Assembly: GCA_963705105.1 (NCBI GenBank)
Contig: CAVPIW010000006.1
Span: forward strand, 928,001-992,000
Reading direction: 5' to 3'
Length of the DNA: 64,000 bases
Origin: an uncultured Nitrospiraceae bacterium
GTDB taxonomy: Bacteria > Nitrospirota > Thermodesulfovibrionia > Thermodesulfovibrionales > Dissulfurispiraceae
Shown here: positions 1-9,582 of the stretch, one piece after another
Numbering within the stretch: position 1 is the first letter of the stretch
Layout of the letters: each line of letters starts with the position of its first letter
Program-made: the position numbers and the translations under genes
Notes under the pieces: generated by a model
The model's input: the letters and a program-made list of their open reading frames with translations, nothing else
Told to the model about the DNA's origin: nothing
The model's database searches: none

Positions 1-370
1 CCTCGTCCTCGGCAGGATGGCCACAAGGATAGCATCATTCCTCAGGGGCAAACACAAACCGATATTCACCCCCCATGTGGACACCGGGGATTTCGTCATC
101 GTCGTCAACGCCGACAAGGTGAGGGTGACGGGGAACAAGCTGAACGACAAGAAATACTACCATCATACCGGGTATATCGGGCATATCAAGGAAAAGACCC
201 TGAAGGACAGGATGAAGAGCGAACCCGAAAAGGTGATCGAAGACGCCGTGTGGGGCATGCTTCCCAAGAACCGCCTCGGCAGGCAGATGATCAAGAAGCT
301 CAAGGTTTACCGCGGCCCTGACCATAGCCACAGCGCCCAGAAACCGGAACCGATCGACGTAACCAAGTAA
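1..370 (+). CDS. rplM: 50S ribosomal protein L13 (5' end outside window)
   Basis: [24 protein letters not shown] and GMLPKN motifs; directly upstream of rpsI. Confidence 0.97.
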   Translation, partial: LVLGRMATRIASFLRGKHKPIFTPHVDTGDFVIVVNADKVRVTGNKLNDKKYYHHTGYIGHIKEKTLKDRMKSEPEKVIEDAVWGMLPKNRLGRQMIKKLKVYRGPDHSHSAQKPEPIDVTK

Positions 371-384
371 GGAGAACAGAATCG

Positions 385-777
385 ATGGCGTCAATCCAAT
401 ACAGCGCAACAGGGAGAAGGAAACGGTCCGTGGCCAGGGTGGCCCTCATCCCCGGCACCGGCAAGATATCCGTCAATGAGAGGGATGTGGATTCGTATTT
501 CCCCCGCGAGACCCTCAGGATGATCATCAGGCAGCCCCTCCAGATTACCGGGGTGATCGGCAAATACGATATCGTCGCCAATGTCCACGGCGGCGGCCCG
601 AGCGGCCAGGCGGGCGCATTGAGGCACGGCATCGCCCGCGCCCTTGTCAACGTCGACACCGATCTCAAGCCGAAGCTGAAAAAGGAAGGTCTTCTCACGA
701 GAGATCCCAGAGAGGTGGAGCGGAAGAAATACGGTCAAAAGGGAGCGAGAAGCCGGTTCCAGTTCTCCAAGAGGTAA
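385..777 (+). CDS. rpsI: 30S ribosomal protein S9
   Basis: [13 protein letters not shown]-terminus, GGGxSGQAGA, C-terminal RFQFSKR; AAGGAG RBS. Confidence 0.98.
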   Translation: MASIQYSATGRRKRSVARVALIPGTGKISVNERDVDSYFPRETLRMIIRQPLQITGVIGKYDIVANVHGGGPSGQAGALRHGIARALVNVDTDLKPKLKKEGLLTRDPREVERKKYGQKGARSRFQFSKR

Positions 778-818
778 ACGCGTCACCGTCGCCGGTACGC
801 CTATACTGTATAGTTATG

Positions 819-844
819 AGGCCCGTCTCCGGACGGGCCTTTTT
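819..844 (+). terminator. Rho-independent terminator of rplM-rpsI
   Basis: AGGCCCGTC-TCCG-GACGGGCCT hairpin followed by a T run. Confidence 0.85.
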
Positions 845-860
845 GTTTTCCCTGTCGTTC

Positions 861-1072
861 GTTGTGAAAAGGCGGGGCGAAGCACTCTGAAAAGCAGTGA
901 CAGTGTGAGTGTGAGTGTCAGTGAAAGGAATCGTTCTTATATCGACGCTGCCGTCCTGGTATTCGTGACCTTGTTCCGACTGTCGACTGCCGACAATGAC
1001 TTTAATGACTCAATGACTTAATGACTTGTGCGGTGGCATCGTCGCCCCGCCTTTCCGGAAGGAGTATGCAAC
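861..1072 (-). repeat. Intergenic repeat family copy 1 (short form, reverse orientation)
   Basis: Reverse complement of copies at 9341, 14298, 18621 and 20162; AATGACT x4 core and CAGTGT/GAGTGT hexamers. Confidence 0.95.
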
Positions 1073-1103
1073 GACAGTTTCTTTTCAAGAGGAGGGAACA
1101 AAA

Positions 1104-2144
1104 ATGCTGAAGGTTGCTATATGCGGGGGAAGCGGGTACACGGGAGCGGAGTTGTTGCGGATTCTTGCCCATCATCCCGAAGTGGAGATCACCGCCGTCA
1201 CGTCCGAGAAGTCCGCCGGCAAGAGGGTAACGGACCTCTTTCCCCATCTCCGCCGGTATCATGACCTCACCTATGAGGGATTGGACAAGTCCACGCTCCT
1301 GTCGAAGGCCGACCTCTTTTTCATGGCCCTGCCCCATGCCGCCTCGCAGGAGGCGGTGGACCTCTTCTTCCGCGAGGGCAGGAAGGTCATCGATCTCTCC
1401 GCCGACTACCGCCTGACGGACCCCTCGGTCTATGAAGAATGGTACAAAACGCCGCATAACTGCCGGGAGACGCTGAAATCGGCCGTCTACGGCCTGCCGG
1501 AACTCCACAGGGAGGAGATCGGGAAATCCTGTCTCATCGCAAACCCCGGGTGCTATCCTACAAGCGCCATCCTCGGTCTCTGCCCCGCCATTCAGCAATC
1601 GATCATCGATACCGGCAGGATCATCGTCGACTCTAAATCGGGCACGTCCGGCGCCGGGAGGAAGGCCGAAACGGCCTTCTCGTACTGTGAGGTCAACGAA
1701 GGGTTCAAGGCATACGGCATCGGCGTGCACCGTCACACACCCGAGATAGAGCAGGAGCTGTCCGGCATTGCAGGAAAGCCGGTCCGCATCACCTTCACAC
1801 CCCACCTCGTCCCCATGGACAGGGGCATCGTCTCGACCATATACGCGCCTCTCCTGAAAGACATCGACACCCCGGACGTCCTGTCCATATACAGGGACCG
1901 GTACGCGAATGAACCTTTCGTGACAGTCCTGGACGAGGGCAGATACCCGAACGCCAAGGACGTGCGGGGCACGAACGCCTGCATGATCGGCGTCAAGGTT
2001 GTGAAACGGACGGGGACGCTCGTCATCGTATCGGCCATCGACAACCTCGTCAAGGGCGCATCCGGGCAGGCCGTGCAGAACATGAACATCCTGGCGGGAT
2101 TCGGGGAGACGACGGCACTTGAGGCGATGGGGCTGTTTCCGTAG
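1104..2144 (+). CDS. argC: N-acetyl-gamma-glutamyl-phosphate reductase
   Basis: GGSGYTG Rossmann motif, IANPGCYPT catalytic Cys, IDNLVKGASGQAVQNMN; GGAGG RBS before ATG 1104. Confidence 0.97.
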   Translation: MLKVAICGGSGYTGAELLRILAHHPEVEITAVTSEKSAGKRVTDLFPHLRRYHDLTYEGLDKSTLLSKADLFFMALPHAASQEAVDLFFREGRKVIDLSADYRLTDPSVYEEWYKTPHNCRETLKSAVYGLPELHREEIGKSCLIANPGCYPTSAILGLCPAIQQSIIDTGRIIVDSKSGTSGAGRKAETAFSYCEVNEGFKAYGIGVHRHTPEIEQELSGIAGKPVRITFTPHLVPMDRGIVSTIYAPLLKDIDTPDVLSIYRDRYANEPFVTVLDEGRYPNAKDVRGTNACMIGVKVVKRTGTLVIVSAIDNLVKGASGQAVQNMNILAGFGETTALEAMGLFP

Positions 2145-2181
2145 CGGTACGACAGTGTCAGTGAGAGTGTGAGTGGAATGG

Positions 2182-2208
2182 AGGGGGCGAGGCGAAACCT
2201 CGCCCCCT
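2182..2208. terminator. GC-rich hairpin between convergent argC and the metalloprotease gene
   Basis: AGGGGGCGAGG-CGAAA-CCTCGCCCCCT perfect 11-bp stem. Confidence 0.6.
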
Positions 2209-2230
2209 TGTTGTGTGAAGTGTCTGAAGC

Positions 2231-4867
2231 TTAAGGCGCGACGAAGCCGGTTGCCCAGAGGTAATAGCCGCTCAGACTCCCTGCAGGGGTCACGACCGTC
2301 AGCAGGAAATAGTTGCCCGTCGGGAAATAGTGGAGCGGGAAAGTCGCATAGAGATGCTCGTCGATGGGTCCCGTCGTATTGGACCTCCACTTGGGCAACG
2401 GGAGGGCTGCCGGCTGGAGGCCCAGGTCCTCCCGGATCATCCAGATGAGATCCCCGCTAAGGGCGGGTGCGACCAGGGCAAGGTAAATATCCACAGGACC
2501 GGTGAATTCCGGGAACCCCACCCGCAGATTGAGCACACCGCCCTCAGGCGTCCCTCCCGTGAACGGCCGGGCGAGAGACGGATTGGGATCGTAGACCGGC
2601 GCCGCCAACGGAAAATAGGTATCAATGAAAGCCCCCGTCGGCACCGCCATGGGGTTGCAGCCCGTCTCCGCAGCGCCGTGGGTCAGGTCGCCGCTGTAGT
2701 AAACCCAGGCCTTCGTTGTCCCCGAGGGCAGCCCGCTGACGACAAATGTGCCTTCGGCGCTGGCGTTCACGTACCGGATCTCCTTCGTGCCGCCAACGAG
2801 CAGTTCGACGGCAATCCTGGCGTTCGGGACTGCAGGGATGAGCCGCCCTGAGAGGATCGCGATCGGCGCCGCCACCGCCTGCCTTGCCTCGCATTCGATC
2901 CTCGTCCTGTTCACGAGATGCGTCCAGAGATCTACGCCGCCGATGGGGATGAAGGTGTCGGCATAGGGCACATAGGCCTCGATCTTCGGCTTCCCGATGA
3001 ATCCGGGACGCTCGTCCATCTGCCTGGAATCGCGCGGATTTTCAGGTCTCCCCGACGGCAGGGCCATAAAGAAGACCGTCTCCTTGCCGCCCGGCGGCAG
3101 GTCCAGGGTTTCGGGCTCGACGATGACGGCCCATCCCGGAGGGATGTCCTTGACACTGAAGTGGACCGGCGTCCGGCCGTCGGTGAAGGGATTGAACACG
3201 GTGATCGACTGACCGGCGCCATCATAAGGACTGCCGGCGCTCGTGTCGAAGTGGCTGACGTTCTCCTGGGCCACATTATTCGCCGTGCTCAGCTCACCGG
3301 CGATGTCCTCGATCTCTGCCTTGATACAGGTGTGCTGTCCTACCGAAGGCTTCCAGATCACATAGTCCTCGACAGTGTCGCCGGCTGCGACGGTCGGGAA
3401 GATGATCGTCCCGAGAAACCCCCAGTCCGGTCCTGCATCACCCATGCCGGGAGGGTCGTTCTGGAACACCTGGACGCGTACGTTCGTGGCGACGCCGGGC
3501 CCGATGTTCCGTATCCGCACATAGACACGGTTGTCATGATCTACCCAGGCGTCGTCTCCGTTGCCCGTGGGATTCCCGCCGCCGTCTGTGTAGCGGTAGG
3601 TGTCGAAGCCGTTCTTTGCGCTGTCGATCCAGATATCGACTGTCTCATGGGGAGGCGCTCCCCAGGGGATGATCATGGGATCGGGTTTGGCCGACGGAGG
3701 CAGCAGGTACCGGATGCGGACGGTGTAATTGTTCCCCGTCTGGCTCAGAACGTCCACCGTGAGGTTCCGCGAGGGATCCGTAAAGGATTCGCCGACGCCG
3801 AGGGGCGCCTGGTCGAGGTTCAACGCCGAGGGGTTCTCCAGCACGATACATTTCAGGATGTTCATGGGGTCTTCGTTGACGATGGAGACGAGGACACCCT
3901 CGCTCGGCAGGTTCTCGTCGCCGCTTATCTGCCGCCGGTTTTCAATGACGTACCCGTTGAAGGGGGACCCGCTTGTGAAGGGGATCCTCACGATCTGCGT
4001 GCCCCCGGCTGTAAAGAGCTCCTGCGGTGCGATCGTTATCGTCCTGTCGATGTCGGCGCCCACGGGAGGCCCGACGGTCTCTATTCTCGGGGAGGCCGCG
4101 CCGGTCCATCCCGGTATCCATCCCCGCTGCGACTTCGCGTAGCCGATGAAGTGATTGATACCAGGGCTGAGCCCCATGATGTCCCAGGGAGTGATGACGT
4201 CACGGGTCAGGCCGGGGTTCCAGCGGATGTCACCGTAATGCGTCGGCAACCCCAGTTCGTGCCCCAGTTCATGGGCAGCCACGGAACCGGCCTGATCGAA
4301 ATTCCGTGCCTCTCCGACCGTCGCGCCCAGCCATTCGTTGACGATCGCCATGGTCATGAACCGTTTTCCGACGGAGGAGCCGCCCTCGACGAAATAGCTC
4401 TCGATCCCCTCATTGACCCGCCACCACCAGGGGCCGCCGCCCTGGCCGCCGAAACCGTCCCAGTTGGTGATGACGAGGACGCGGTCGTAGTTCGCCATAT
4501 TGACGTCCGGATCGATGAGGTTGATGGCGTCCTGCCCCGTTTTGGAGAAGTCGTAGGACGCCGAGGCGTAGCCCAGGTTGTACCAGGTCCCGGCAGGGGA
4601 CGTCTCGAAAATGAAATTCGTCTGGTTGAATGTTGCACCGTTGTAGAAAGTGTTGACCTCGTTGTTGAGAAGATTCACCCAGTCTGTGCAGGTGCCAAGC
4701 CTCGTCGTTGCATCATCGCTCCACCTCACACAGATGACGAGGACAGGCTGGTTCACGCCGATGTGGCTCCTCGACGCAGCATAGACATCAGATACCGCTG
4801 CGACGAGAGACAGAACAACTGCCAGTACAAGAAACACCCGAAAACAGGATCGCTTCAATGCTCTCAT
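2231..4867 (-). CDS. Secreted M6-like (immune inhibitor A-type) zinc metalloprotease with CARDB/Ig-like C-terminal domains
   Basis: Signal peptide after AAGGAGGTG RBS; AHELGHELGLP zincin motif with downstream WDIMG Met-turn; NRVYVRIRNIG...GQHTCIKAEI...NNVAQEN beta domain. Confidence 0.75.
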   Translation of the reverse strand: MRALKRSCFRVFLVLAVVLSLVAAVSDVYAASRSHIGVNQPVLVICVRWSDDATTRLGTCTDWVNLLNNEVNTFYNGATFNQTNFIFETSPAGTWYNLGYASASYDFSKTGQDAINLIDPDVNMANYDRVLVITNWDGFGGQGGGPWWWRVNEGIESYFVEGGSSVGKRFMTMAIVNEWLGATVGEARNFDQAGSVAAHELGHELGLPTHYGDIRWNPGLTRDVITPWDIMGLSPGINHFIGYAKSQRGWIPGWTGAASPRIETVGPPVGADIDRTITIAPQELFTAGGTQIVRIPFTSGSPFNGYVIENRRQISGDENLPSEGVLVSIVNEDPMNILKCIVLENPSALNLDQAPLGVGESFTDPSRNLTVDVLSQTGNNYTVRIRYLLPPSAKPDPMIIPWGAPPHETVDIWIDSAKNGFDTYRYTDGGGNPTGNGDDAWVDHDNRVYVRIRNIGPGVATNVRVQVFQNDPPGMGDAGPDWGFLGTIIFPTVAAGDTVEDYVIWKPSVGQHTCIKAEIEDIAGELSTANNVAQENVSHFDTSAGSPYDGAGQSITVFNPFTDGRTPVHFSVKDIPPGWAVIVEPETLDLPPGGKETVFFMALPSGRPENPRDSRQMDERPGFIGKPKIEAYVPYADTFIPIGGVDLWTHLVNRTRIECEARQAVAAPIAILSGRLIPAVPNARIAVELLVGGTKEIRYVNASAEGTFVVSGLPSGTTKAWVYYSGDLTHGAAETGCNPMAVPTGAFIDTYFPLAAPVYDPNPSLARPFTGGTPEGGVLNLRVGFPEFTGPVDIYLALVAPALSGDLIWMIREDLGLQPAALPLPKWRSNTTGPIDEHLYATFPLHYFPTGNYFLLTVVTPAGSLSGYYLWATGFVAP

Positions 4868-5053
4868 GTAATGCACCTCCTTGCGATTAGAAAAAACAGG
4901 TTGTGTTTCCTGAAATCCCGCTTCATCCCCATGATCAAAAATACCTGTGCCGGGGTCAACAAAAGACCGACAAAAGTTCATACTCACGAATACCACAGAA
5001 AATGCCCATTGTCAACAAAAAAATGTTCTCATCATCTGATATCCGATTTTTTG

Positions 5054-5082
5054 TTGACATCCCTGACTTTCATCCCTATACT
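5054..5082 (+). promoter_or_regulatory. Sigma70-type promoter for the gene starting at 5117
   Basis: TTGACA-17 bp-TATACT; a mirrored TTGACA at 5010-5015 on the minus strand could serve the divergent protease gene. Confidence 0.7.
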
Positions 5083-5116
5083 TGATGCAAGGTCACCAGA
5101 AAAAAGGAGGGTACAC

Positions 5117-5606
5117 ATGAGAAAAGTCATTATCGCGGCATTTTTCCTCGGCATTCTGCTCTTCAGCGTCTCACCTGCCCCGGCACTTGATATCATCGAA
5201 CATCCCCGTTTTTGTCCTCGATCCGTGTCTCTTCGCAACTGCGACGGTCGATGTGACCCCCGAGACATGGTACGACATTTCGGGCACACCGCCAGGCCCG
5301 TACTTCAGCTCCATCATCAGGTACGACATAAGTCAGTCCGGCACGACGATCGGCAACGTGATCAGCAGCTACAAGAGGGTGACCATCGGCGGCGAAAAGA
5401 AAATATCCATGGAAGACACGATAATCGCGGGTGATGTGGTCATCTACGGCAGGTCGTCGAAAACCGGCTCCGGGATCATGGGGGCAAGGGGGATCGTCGT
5501 CGGCATCACCGACAGGGGCAGACCCATCACAGGCAATACCATCACCTATCTTCTGTCGAGCTTCGGCGGAAACAACAGGCTCTGCTTCTTCGTCACAACA
5601 CCCTAA
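5117..5606 (+). pseudogene. Small exported beta-rich protein with an apparent frameshift after the signal peptide (~5186)
   Basis: AAGGAGG RBS and ATG 5117 give MRKVIIAAFFLGILLFSVSPAPAL; a plausible mature domain continues in another frame (ORF 5187-5606). Confidence 0.55.
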
Positions 5607-5688
5607 GCATTTCTCAGCGAGGGACGGCCTGTCGTCGTCCCTCGCCTGGTGACCTCCCCCCTTCCACTCCCATTCGACAGGCAAAGTC

Positions 5689-6043
5689 AACCTTATTGTT
5701 GCAATACACTCCCGGGAAAGGCGGAGCGACGATGCCACCGCAAGAGTCATTAAGTCATTGAGTCATTAAAGTCATTGTCGGCAGTCGACAGTCGGAACAA
5801 GGTCACGAATACCAGGACGGGAAGGCTGATGTGGTGAAAAGCCTTTCCTCTAAGATACCTTGTTTATCCCCAGACCACCCTCTGCCGTGTCTATTGATAC
5901 CGGAAGCCCGTCAGGCAACAGGCGCTGAACACCTTGCAATGTCTCATCATCGCATTGGAGAGGCTTTGAACTATATCTGCCTTCCCGGAGGCGCGTCGGT
6001 TTCAGCGGGGCCTTGAGGCGCTTCGCCCCGCCTTTCTATGCAA
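5689..6043 (+). repeat. Intergenic repeat family copy 2 (long form with 168-bp inner module at 5819-5986)
   Basis: Left part near-identical to the short copies; inner module shared with 47314-47481 and 56314-56480. Confidence 0.95.
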
Positions 6044-6180
6044 GGTCAAACCCATCTTCTACAGTTGGACCCGAAAAGCGCTCCGAATCAGACATAAGAA
6101 TCTATGAGAAACAGGGTGATATGAGGAGAGGAATTGGAAAGAAGCTCAAAACATAGTGCCACGTCATAGCCATTATAAGC

Positions 6181-6209
6181 TTGCCAATAGGGATTAGAAT
6201 GGGTATAAT
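6181..6209 (+). promoter_or_regulatory. Transposase promoter (near-leaderless transcript)
   Basis: TTGCCA-17 bp-TATAAT, with the ATG only 9 nt further on and no SD. Confidence 0.6.
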
Positions 6210-6218
6210 ATTAATGTC

Positions 6219-7895
6219 ATGTTCATCAGAATCAAACCATCCGGCCCCCGCTCCTATCTGCAGATCGTTGAAAGCCGATGGGAAAACGGCAAGGTCCGCC
6301 AGAAAGTCATCGCCACCCTGGGGCGTGTCGATAAACTCCGGGAATCGGGAGCTTTGGACAGCCTCGTACGCTCGGGGGCGCGGTTTTCAGAAAAGCTTGC
6401 CCTGCTTGATGCCTATGACAAGGGAGAGGTTCCGTCTGTGGGACAGCAAAAGATCGGACTGCCTCTGGTGTTTGGCCGACTATGGAAGGAACTCGGCATC
6501 CCGGACGTGATCACCCGCGTGCTGTCGCAGAGGAAGTATCAGTTTGCCGTGGAGAGGGCGATCTATCTGACGGTGCTGCACCGGCTCAGCGCATCGGGCT
6601 CTGACAGGGCGGCGGACAAGTGGAAGGACGACTACCGGATTGAGGCGGCGGAGGGGATCGAGCTGCACCACCTGTACCGGGCGATGGCATGGTTAGGGGA
6701 GGAGTTGCCGGAGGACGACCAGGAAGGGGCGACACCCTTTGCCTGCCGGTGCACGAAGGACCTGATCGAAGAAGGGATCTTTGAGCGCCGGAGGGACCTG
6801 TTTACAGATCTCACCCTGGTGTTTTTTGACACCACGAGCATCTATTTTGAAGGAAATGGGGGAGAGGAGATCGGGCAGTTGGGCAACAGCAAGGACCACC
6901 GGCCTGACCTTCTGCAGATGGTGGTGGGTGTGATCATCGACAGCGCGGGTCGGCCGTTGTGCTGTGAGTTGTGGCCGGGCAACACGACGGACGTCAAGAG
7001 CCTTCTTCCCGTCACCGAGAGATTACGCAAGCGGTTTGGGATCCAGCGGGTCTGTGTCGTGGCGGACCGGGGGATGATCAGCGCGGCGACGGTCAAGGAG
7101 TTGCAGACGGGGGAGGTCCCGTACATCCTGGGCGCCCGGATGAGGAGACAGAAAGAGGTCACCCAGGAGGTGCTCAGCCGGGCGGGCAGGTATGAGGAAG
7201 TGTATCCCAAGGGTGCGGACAGCAAAGCGCCCTCACCGCTGAAAGTCAAGGACGTGCGTGTTGACGACAGACGGTACGTCGTCTGTTACAACGAGGATCA
7301 GGCCAAGAAAGACGCTCTTGACCGGCAGAGTATCGTTGCCTCCCTGCGGGACAAACTGCAGCAGGGACACAAGACATTGGTGGGCAACAAGGGGTACCGG
7401 AAGTACCTCAAGGCGACGGGGCAGAGGTTCGGGATCGATGAGGACAAGATCAAGGCGGAGGGACGGTATGACGGCAAGTGGGTCCTCAGGACGAACACGA
7501 CACTGCCGGCGCGGGAGGTGGCGCTGCAGTACAAGCAGCTGTGGATGGTGGAGCAGATCTTCCGGAGCATGAAGAGCATCCTCAGCACGCAGCCCATCTA
7601 CCACAAGTGTGACGAGACGATCCGGGGGCATGTGTTCTGCAGTTTCCTTGCATTGGTGCTGATCAAGGAACTGCAGGGGCGGATGGAAAGGAAGGGGTGG
7701 CAGGCGGAATGGGCTGATGTGATCCGTGACCTGGAGAGGGTCGAAGAAGTGACGATCCGGACCGGTACGAAGGAGGTCCTTCTCCGGAGCGACCTCAAGG
7801 GACAAGCCGGCAAGGCGTTTCAGGCGGCGGGCGTGGCTGTGCCGCCGACAGTCAGGATACTGAATCAGACTGCATTGGACATGGAGACGTCATGA
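6219..7895 (+). CDS. IS1634-family DDE transposase
   Basis: YLQIVES..GKVRQKVIATLGR N-terminus, FFDTTSIYFEG, VADRG, YKQLWMVEQIFRSMK, IRGHVFCSFLAL. Confidence 0.93.
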   Translation: MFIRIKPSGPRSYLQIVESRWENGKVRQKVIATLGRVDKLRESGALDSLVRSGARFSEKLALLDAYDKGEVPSVGQQKIGLPLVFGRLWKELGIPDVITRVLSQRKYQFAVERAIYLTVLHRLSASGSDRAADKWKDDYRIEAAEGIELHHLYRAMAWLGEELPEDDQEGATPFACRCTKDLIEEGIFERRRDLFTDLTLVFFDTTSIYFEGNGGEEIGQLGNSKDHRPDLLQMVVGVIIDSAGRPLCCELWPGNTTDVKSLLPVTERLRKRFGIQRVCVVADRGMISAATVKELQTGEVPYILGARMRRQKEVTQEVLSRAGRYEEVYPKGADSKAPSPLKVKDVRVDDRRYVVCYNEDQAKKDALDRQSIVASLRDKLQQGHKTLVGNKGYRKYLKATGQRFGIDEDKIKAEGRYDGKWVLRTNTTLPAREVALQYKQLWMVEQIFRSMKSILSTQPIYHKCDETIRGHVFCSFLALVLIKELQGRMERKGWQAEWADVIRDLERVEEVTIRTGTKEVLLRSDLKGQAGKAFQAAGVAVPPTVRILNQTALDMETS

Positions 7896-8138
7896 CAGTG
7901 AGCGTGAAGCTGACAAGGGGATTCCTAGTGCCACGCCCTTCTTGCGCCCTCATATCCCCTTGTTATAAGAAAGTTATTTTCTTGCTACTGTAGAAGATGG
8001 GTCAAACAATACATTTTTTCGCAAAGCCGCAAAGAGCGCAAAGAAAGCCGGAGTGCAGGCACGTTGAAACTCCCCTCCGGAATGGCGCATTATAAAAGCC
8101 TGTCGATTATCCATTCTCATACACGGGGATAACGAACA

Positions 8139-9335
8139 ATGAAAAAAAAGCTGACAGTGAAGATTCCGAAGGGATACCTCTTTTCAGCCGTCGAGGCGGC
8201 CGTCAAGAAGCCCGGAAGAAAAGACGTGGCCCTCATCGTTTCCGAATGCGAGGCCGTCATGGCCGGCATGTTCACGATGAATACCGTCAAGGCTGCGCCG
8301 GTGAAGCTGGACATGAGGCGCATCAGGACCGGCAGGGGACAGGCCATTGTCGTCAACAGCGGCAATGCCAATGCCTGCACGGGCGAACGGGGCATGCGGG
8401 ACGCCAAAGAGATGGCCGTACTCACCGGCCGCGCGCTCAGGATGAAATCCTCCGCCGTCTACGTCTGCTCCACGGGCGTCATCGGCACTCCCCTGCCCAT
8501 GGAGAGGGTCGGGTCCGCAATACCCGGACTGGCCGCAGCGCTCGGGCAGGGGACCTTTCAGGACGTTGCCGCCGCCATAATGACGACCGACACATTCCCG
8601 AAGTTGTTCAGCAAAACGGTAAGGATCGGGAGCAAGGATGTCACTATTGCGGGTGTCTGCAAGGGGGCGGGCATGATCAGCCCGCACATGGCGACGATGC
8701 TCTGCTTCATCATCACCGATGCGCTCATCGACCACGGGTCCCTCGACGCCTCTCTCAGGAGCGCCGTCGCAACGTCCTTTCACAGGATCACCATCGACGG
8801 AGACATGTCGACGAACGACACCGTCCTCGTCATGGCCAACGGCATGGCGGGAAACGCCCCCATCATGACGGGCTCCCGGTCGTACCGGATCTTCGCGTCG
8901 GCGCTCTCGGACGTGGCCTCTACGCTGGCGGCAATGGTCGCGCGCGACGGCGAGGGCGCGACGAAACTCGTCGAGATCGAGGTCAGGAATGCCTTCAGCA
9001 AGGCCGAGGCAGAGAGGGGGGCCTTTGCCGTGGCGAATTCGCTTCTCGTCAAGACCGCTATTTACGGCAATGACGCCAACTGGGGAAGGATCATGGCAGC
9101 CCTCGGCTATTCCGGCATCCGCATGCGGGAGGACAGGACGGACATTTCCCTGAACGGTCTCAGGATCGTCAGCAGGGGTCTTGGAACGGGCAGGGACGCC
9201 GATGCAAATGAGCGGCTCAGGGCGAAAGAGGTGAAGATCGTCGTCGACCTTCGCATCGGTAAGGGATCGGCGAAGGTGCTCACCTGTGACATGACGGAGG
9301 ATTACGTCAAGATCAACGCCGAGTACAGGACTTAA
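8139..9335 (+). CDS. argJ: Bifunctional ornithine acetyltransferase/N-acetylglutamate synthase
   Basis: NSGNANACTG, IMTTDT, KGAGMI.P.MATML autocleavage motif, DGEGATK, NAEYRT end. Confidence 0.97.
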   Translation: MKKKLTVKIPKGYLFSAVEAAVKKPGRKDVALIVSECEAVMAGMFTMNTVKAAPVKLDMRRIRTGRGQAIVVNSGNANACTGERGMRDAKEMAVLTGRALRMKSSAVYVCSTGVIGTPLPMERVGSAIPGLAAALGQGTFQDVAAAIMTTDTFPKLFSKTVRIGSKDVTIAGVCKGAGMISPHMATMLCFIITDALIDHGSLDASLRSAVATSFHRITIDGDMSTNDTVLVMANGMAGNAPIMTGSRSYRIFASALSDVASTLAAMVARDGEGATKLVEIEVRNAFSKAEAERGAFAVANSLLVKTAIYGNDANWGRIMAALGYSGIRMREDRTDISLNGLRIVSRGLGTGRDADANERLRAKEVKIVVDLRIGKGSAKVLTCDMTEDYVKINAEYRT

Positions 9336-9340
9336 ACCTT

Positions 9341-9569
9341 AACCTTATCGTTGCAACACACTCCCGGGAAAGGCGGAGCGATGATGCCACCGCAAAAGTC
9401 ATTAAGTCATTGAGTCATTAAAGTCATTGTCGGCAGTCGACAGTCGGAACAAGGTCACGAATACCAGGACGGGAAGGAAGCGTCGATATAAAAACGATTC
9501 CTTTCACTGACACTGACACTCACACTGTCACTGTTTTTCAGAGCGCTTCACCCTGTCTTTCTGCACAAC
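9341..9569 (+). repeat. Intergenic repeat family copy 3 (short form with GGGAAGG remnant of the inner module)
   Basis: Near-identical to copies 4-6; reads GGACGGGAAGGAAGCGTCG where they read GGACGGCAGCGTCG. Confidence 0.95.
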
Positions 9570-9582
9570 TTGCAGGGGAACG

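Larger units (their letters stand above)
6051..8001 (+). mobile_element. IS1634-family insertion sequence, complete
   Basis: Perfect 15-bp TIRs CCCATCTTCTACAGT (6051-6065, 7987-8001); flanking direct repeat TCAAA (6046-6050, 8002-8006); internal TAGTGCCACG at 6154 and 7926. Confidence 0.92.

Noticed and set aside
2918..5434. 838-aa plus-strand ORF and similar long shadow ORFs (e.g. 1002-2390, 12907-14280, 16580-17941)
   Set aside because: Antisense shadows of well-supported genes in GC-rich DNA; only the last part from 5117 is a real signal-peptide start
5819..5986. 6S RNA call for the inner module
   Set aside because: Size and closing stem fit, but three copies embedded in a dispersed repeat argue against it; needs a covariance search
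5831..6016. 61-aa ORF inside the inner repeat module as a conserved peptide
   Set aside because: Open in two copies but frameshifted in the 56.3-kb copy, with no clear RBS
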